Shown here piece after piece: positions 61,676-64,000 of a DNA stretch of 64,000 nt. Each line of letters begins with the position of its first letter. Position 1 is the stretch's first letter. The notes beneath the pieces are model-generated. The model was given only the letters and a program-made list of their open reading frames with translations. It did no database searches and was not told where the DNA came from. Position numbers and translations under genes: made by a program. Source of the DNA: Lepidodermella squamata (lineage: Eukaryota > Animalia > Gastrotricha); assembly GCA_047495785.1 (NCBI GenBank), contig JBLDXI010000020.1:2046001-2110000 (forward strand). The letters are read 5' to 3'.

Positions 61676-64000
61676 TCAAAAGCGGGACACGTTATATTTT
61701 TACTACCACCCTCACTTGTAAATAATATAAAATAAGACCGTCGTACATTTTTCTTAACCATCATTTTTTCAACAGCAATCGTTTAATATCATCAATAAAA
61801 ATTTCGGCTCGAAAAAATGCAATCAAAAGTTATGGTTAAGAAATTTTAGTTATAAAAACATCTCATGATCTCAATTTTTAGCTCTTGGTTATATTAAAAG
61901 TAATAATTTAATTAGTTTTCTCAACAAGCTAATAGCGATAAAGTTTTGTGAATATTGAGGCGTTTGGTTGAGTGAAAAAAGATGATGATGATGATGACAG
62001 TGATGATGTCTAGTCGCTTTCTGTTGGGCCTAATAAAAAGTCTGTTTTCGAACTAATCTTGTATGATCGATTTTTTGTAGAGAGAAAAAACGAAAAACAG
62101 GGACAATTATGCTGATTTTAGCAGATGGAAACTGATTGAACCGCAATTACTGGACAATTTGGGGCCGCTGAAAGATGAAAAACGATAACCGATGAATAAT
62201 TTATTATCAACTGCTATTTGAGTGTTACAATTTTTTTTTGAACTGATGAGTGCCGCCTTCATCATTCATATTTTTTTCAGCCTCTCTTCAAGATAAAATC
62301 ACGAAATCCACGCATTATATCAACTTTTTAGACAATTTCGTCATCATCATTTGCGATGATTGTTTATACTAAAGCACAAAGACTTTTAATTCGCAAATGT
62401 AGATGCTTTATTAGCGATAATTCAATCACAGCACGCTTGCACTGGGCCATCATAACGACAAGTTGACCCGCGCTTAAATTTTGTCAAAGTTCACGCGTCG
62501 CGCACTAATTTCCCAATAGTCAATCATGATGATGGTTGGCTGAAGAGAATAATTGTATATAAAAGTCCCAGATTGCCTTCAGATTCTGCGTATATACCAG
62601 AATAATACATTGTATAGCGCCGTTTTTTTTTTTATCAACTGGGGCTAAATGACCAGCGCTAATAATAGTAATAATAATATTCAATTTCTTCATCTTGACT
62701 GCTAGTCGATATTGTTGTACTCTAATACTATAGGGCTATTTTGATAAATACAATAAAAATAAGTATACCGATGATACTGATAAGTCGGCGAACTTCCGCT
62801 GAACGATGAATGAATTGTTGAAATCGAATTTTGAAAATGTACCCACGCGCTTTTTTATCATCATCATCGCCATCAGCTATACTTATGCAATTTGTTGTTC
62901 TGTTTTGTATTTTAACGTTAATAGGGCGCTAACATCCATAATAGTATAGTCAATCTAACGATCGTAATATGACGGGCTGTATTTTTTATATCTGTGTATA
63001 ATATTTTATTCTGCAAAATTTATAAAAATTATTAGAATGCCGCTGATATCATTTTTATTTGCTGCGCACTAAAATTTGCGAAAATAATCGCAAAAATTGG
63101 TAACTAGAGCAGATCAATGACATCTGCAGTTAATTCGTCATTAAGGTGGCTATTCAAGTGGCGTTCCCTCTAGTCCTGAGGGAAGAACCTGGTCATTTCC
63201 GCGTAACATCAATGATGCGTATTTCGTATATGATGATTCATGTAAGTTTTTATGATATATAAATCGAAGCGATTAGGCTACTATCCTTGTTATAGTCTTA
63301 CCTCGTGTTCATTACCTAGGGGATCGCTATAAATAAAATATTATCAATATTATATTTTCTTTCTATATTTTCTATATTTTCTGCTATTATATTTTCTTTT
63401 TTAGAAATCGAAAGATTTCCCCAAAGATCTGAGTAAATTATCTTCCTTAATCTCGATTTTCCACCGTAAAACGGCTCATTTTTGCATGAATGAACTTGCC
63501 ACCTGTTATTGTATGATGAGTCATCAGGAAAGAATATTCGCGAATTTCACGCATCCCTTATTATTGTCTCCTGTAAGACATTAATAAAAAATATCTTACT
63601 CTCTATAATATTCGAAACACTTGTATTTTCAGTGCAAGCGGTAAAAAAAACGTTACATTTTGATGTGATTACCTCTTGAATTGTGATTACTCATCCTCTT
63701 ATTCTTTTGTCCATCATTTTTAGTTATTTTTAGGCGGCCAAGCGAGGCGATGTCTAGCATCTGTAGTTACAGTGCCAAAAAATCTACGCCCATTGTGCCC
63801 CTTGCCTCAAGTGGCTCTCGTCAGTTTTTACTGCGGAATAATTCTGCGAAATATTTTCGCCGTGACCTCCACACAAACAATAACCGGAAAAGTTGTCATT
63901 TTAGAACATCAGACTCATTCGATGCAGTTGAATTGACATGTATAGACGGCGGGGTTTCGCCGTGGTGCCACCATCACATGGGCTTATTGACCCTGAAGCA

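Noticed and set aside
63938-64000. Possible start of another gene (MYRRRGFAVVPP..)
   Set aside because: Only 21 codons before the window edge, with no recognisable homology

Overview
Eukaryotic (invertebrate animal) genomic DNA, AT-rich, with many ~50-nt GT-AG introns. KIF27- and PPP1R42-like genes suggest a ciliated metazoan, but the taxon cannot be fixed from sequence. The dominant feature (1.9-27.2 kb, + strand) is a tandem array of eight related nuclear-receptor genes. Seven intact copies encode only a ligand-binding domain (LBD, ~304-338 aa, no zinc fingers), and three of them end in a strict LxxLL motif. They are followed by one full-length receptor whose atypical DNA-binding domain has the rare CEACKK P-box. 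The array is interspersed with non-autonomous DNA transposons. Downstream lie SGF29, DPH1, a divergent ZnT lacking metal-site residues, PPP1R42, a His-rich ZnT1-like transporter, an unknown low-complexity protein, KIF27, an intact LINE (64-bp flanking duplication; ORF1-UAG-ORF2 in frame) and an FMRFamide-like precursor. Exon boundaries were assembled by eye; no database searches were run.
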